Source: Candidatus Poribacteria bacterium
GTDB lineage: Bacteria > Poribacteria > WGA-4E > WGA-3G
Direction of reading: 5' to 3'
Assembly: GCA_965205025.1 (NCBI GenBank)
Contig: CBDBFU010000003.1
Location: forward strand, 150,171-214,170
DNA: 64,000 nucleotides
In this document: positions 63,999 through 64,000 of the stretch, piece after piece
Position numbering within the stretch: position 1 is the first letter of the stretch
How the letters are laid out: every line of letters starts with the position of its first letter
Notes under the pieces: generated by a model
Databases searched by the model: none
What the model was told of the DNA's origin: nothing
What the model saw: only the letters and a program-made list of their open reading frames with translations
Program-made: the position numbers and the translations under genes

Positions 63999-64000
63999 AA

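Overview
AT-rich bacterial chromosomal window. The WD40 paralog type, gene content and repeat load suggest an uncultured diderm such as Ca. Poribacteria; this is inference only. Core blocks: katG (5' truncated); rpsF-ssb-rpsR-rplI-dnaB-mlaEFD-radA-yacL-ispDF-cysS-dprA-accA on the minus strand; hflKC; tyrS; aroF-leuA; pepA; a selenocysteine formate dehydrogenase; a LarA-like/TRAP/BMP cluster. Accessory parts: a 26.3-34.4 kb defence-like island (DUF2806, Zn-finger-HEPN, DUF2971-like, DUF262-HNH with an EcoRI-family MTase, IS remnant), an MNT-HEPN pair, a decayed WD40 array, and an STT3-like transferase with a variant SWEYG motif flanked by two paralogous proteins, upstream of ABC exporters. Strongest hidden signals: (1) a ~36-nt hairpin element found almost only inside REP-like palindromes and itself split at one site by a REP-carrying MITE; (2) an unannotated 43-codon Leu/aromatic-rich leader with terminator and antiterminator upstream of aroF-leuA; (3) an in-frame UGA plus SECIS in fdh; (4) an S6:S18 leader RNA. 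Many 1-nt frameshifts at short homopolymers are probably assembly errors. All coordinates and alignments were done by eye.
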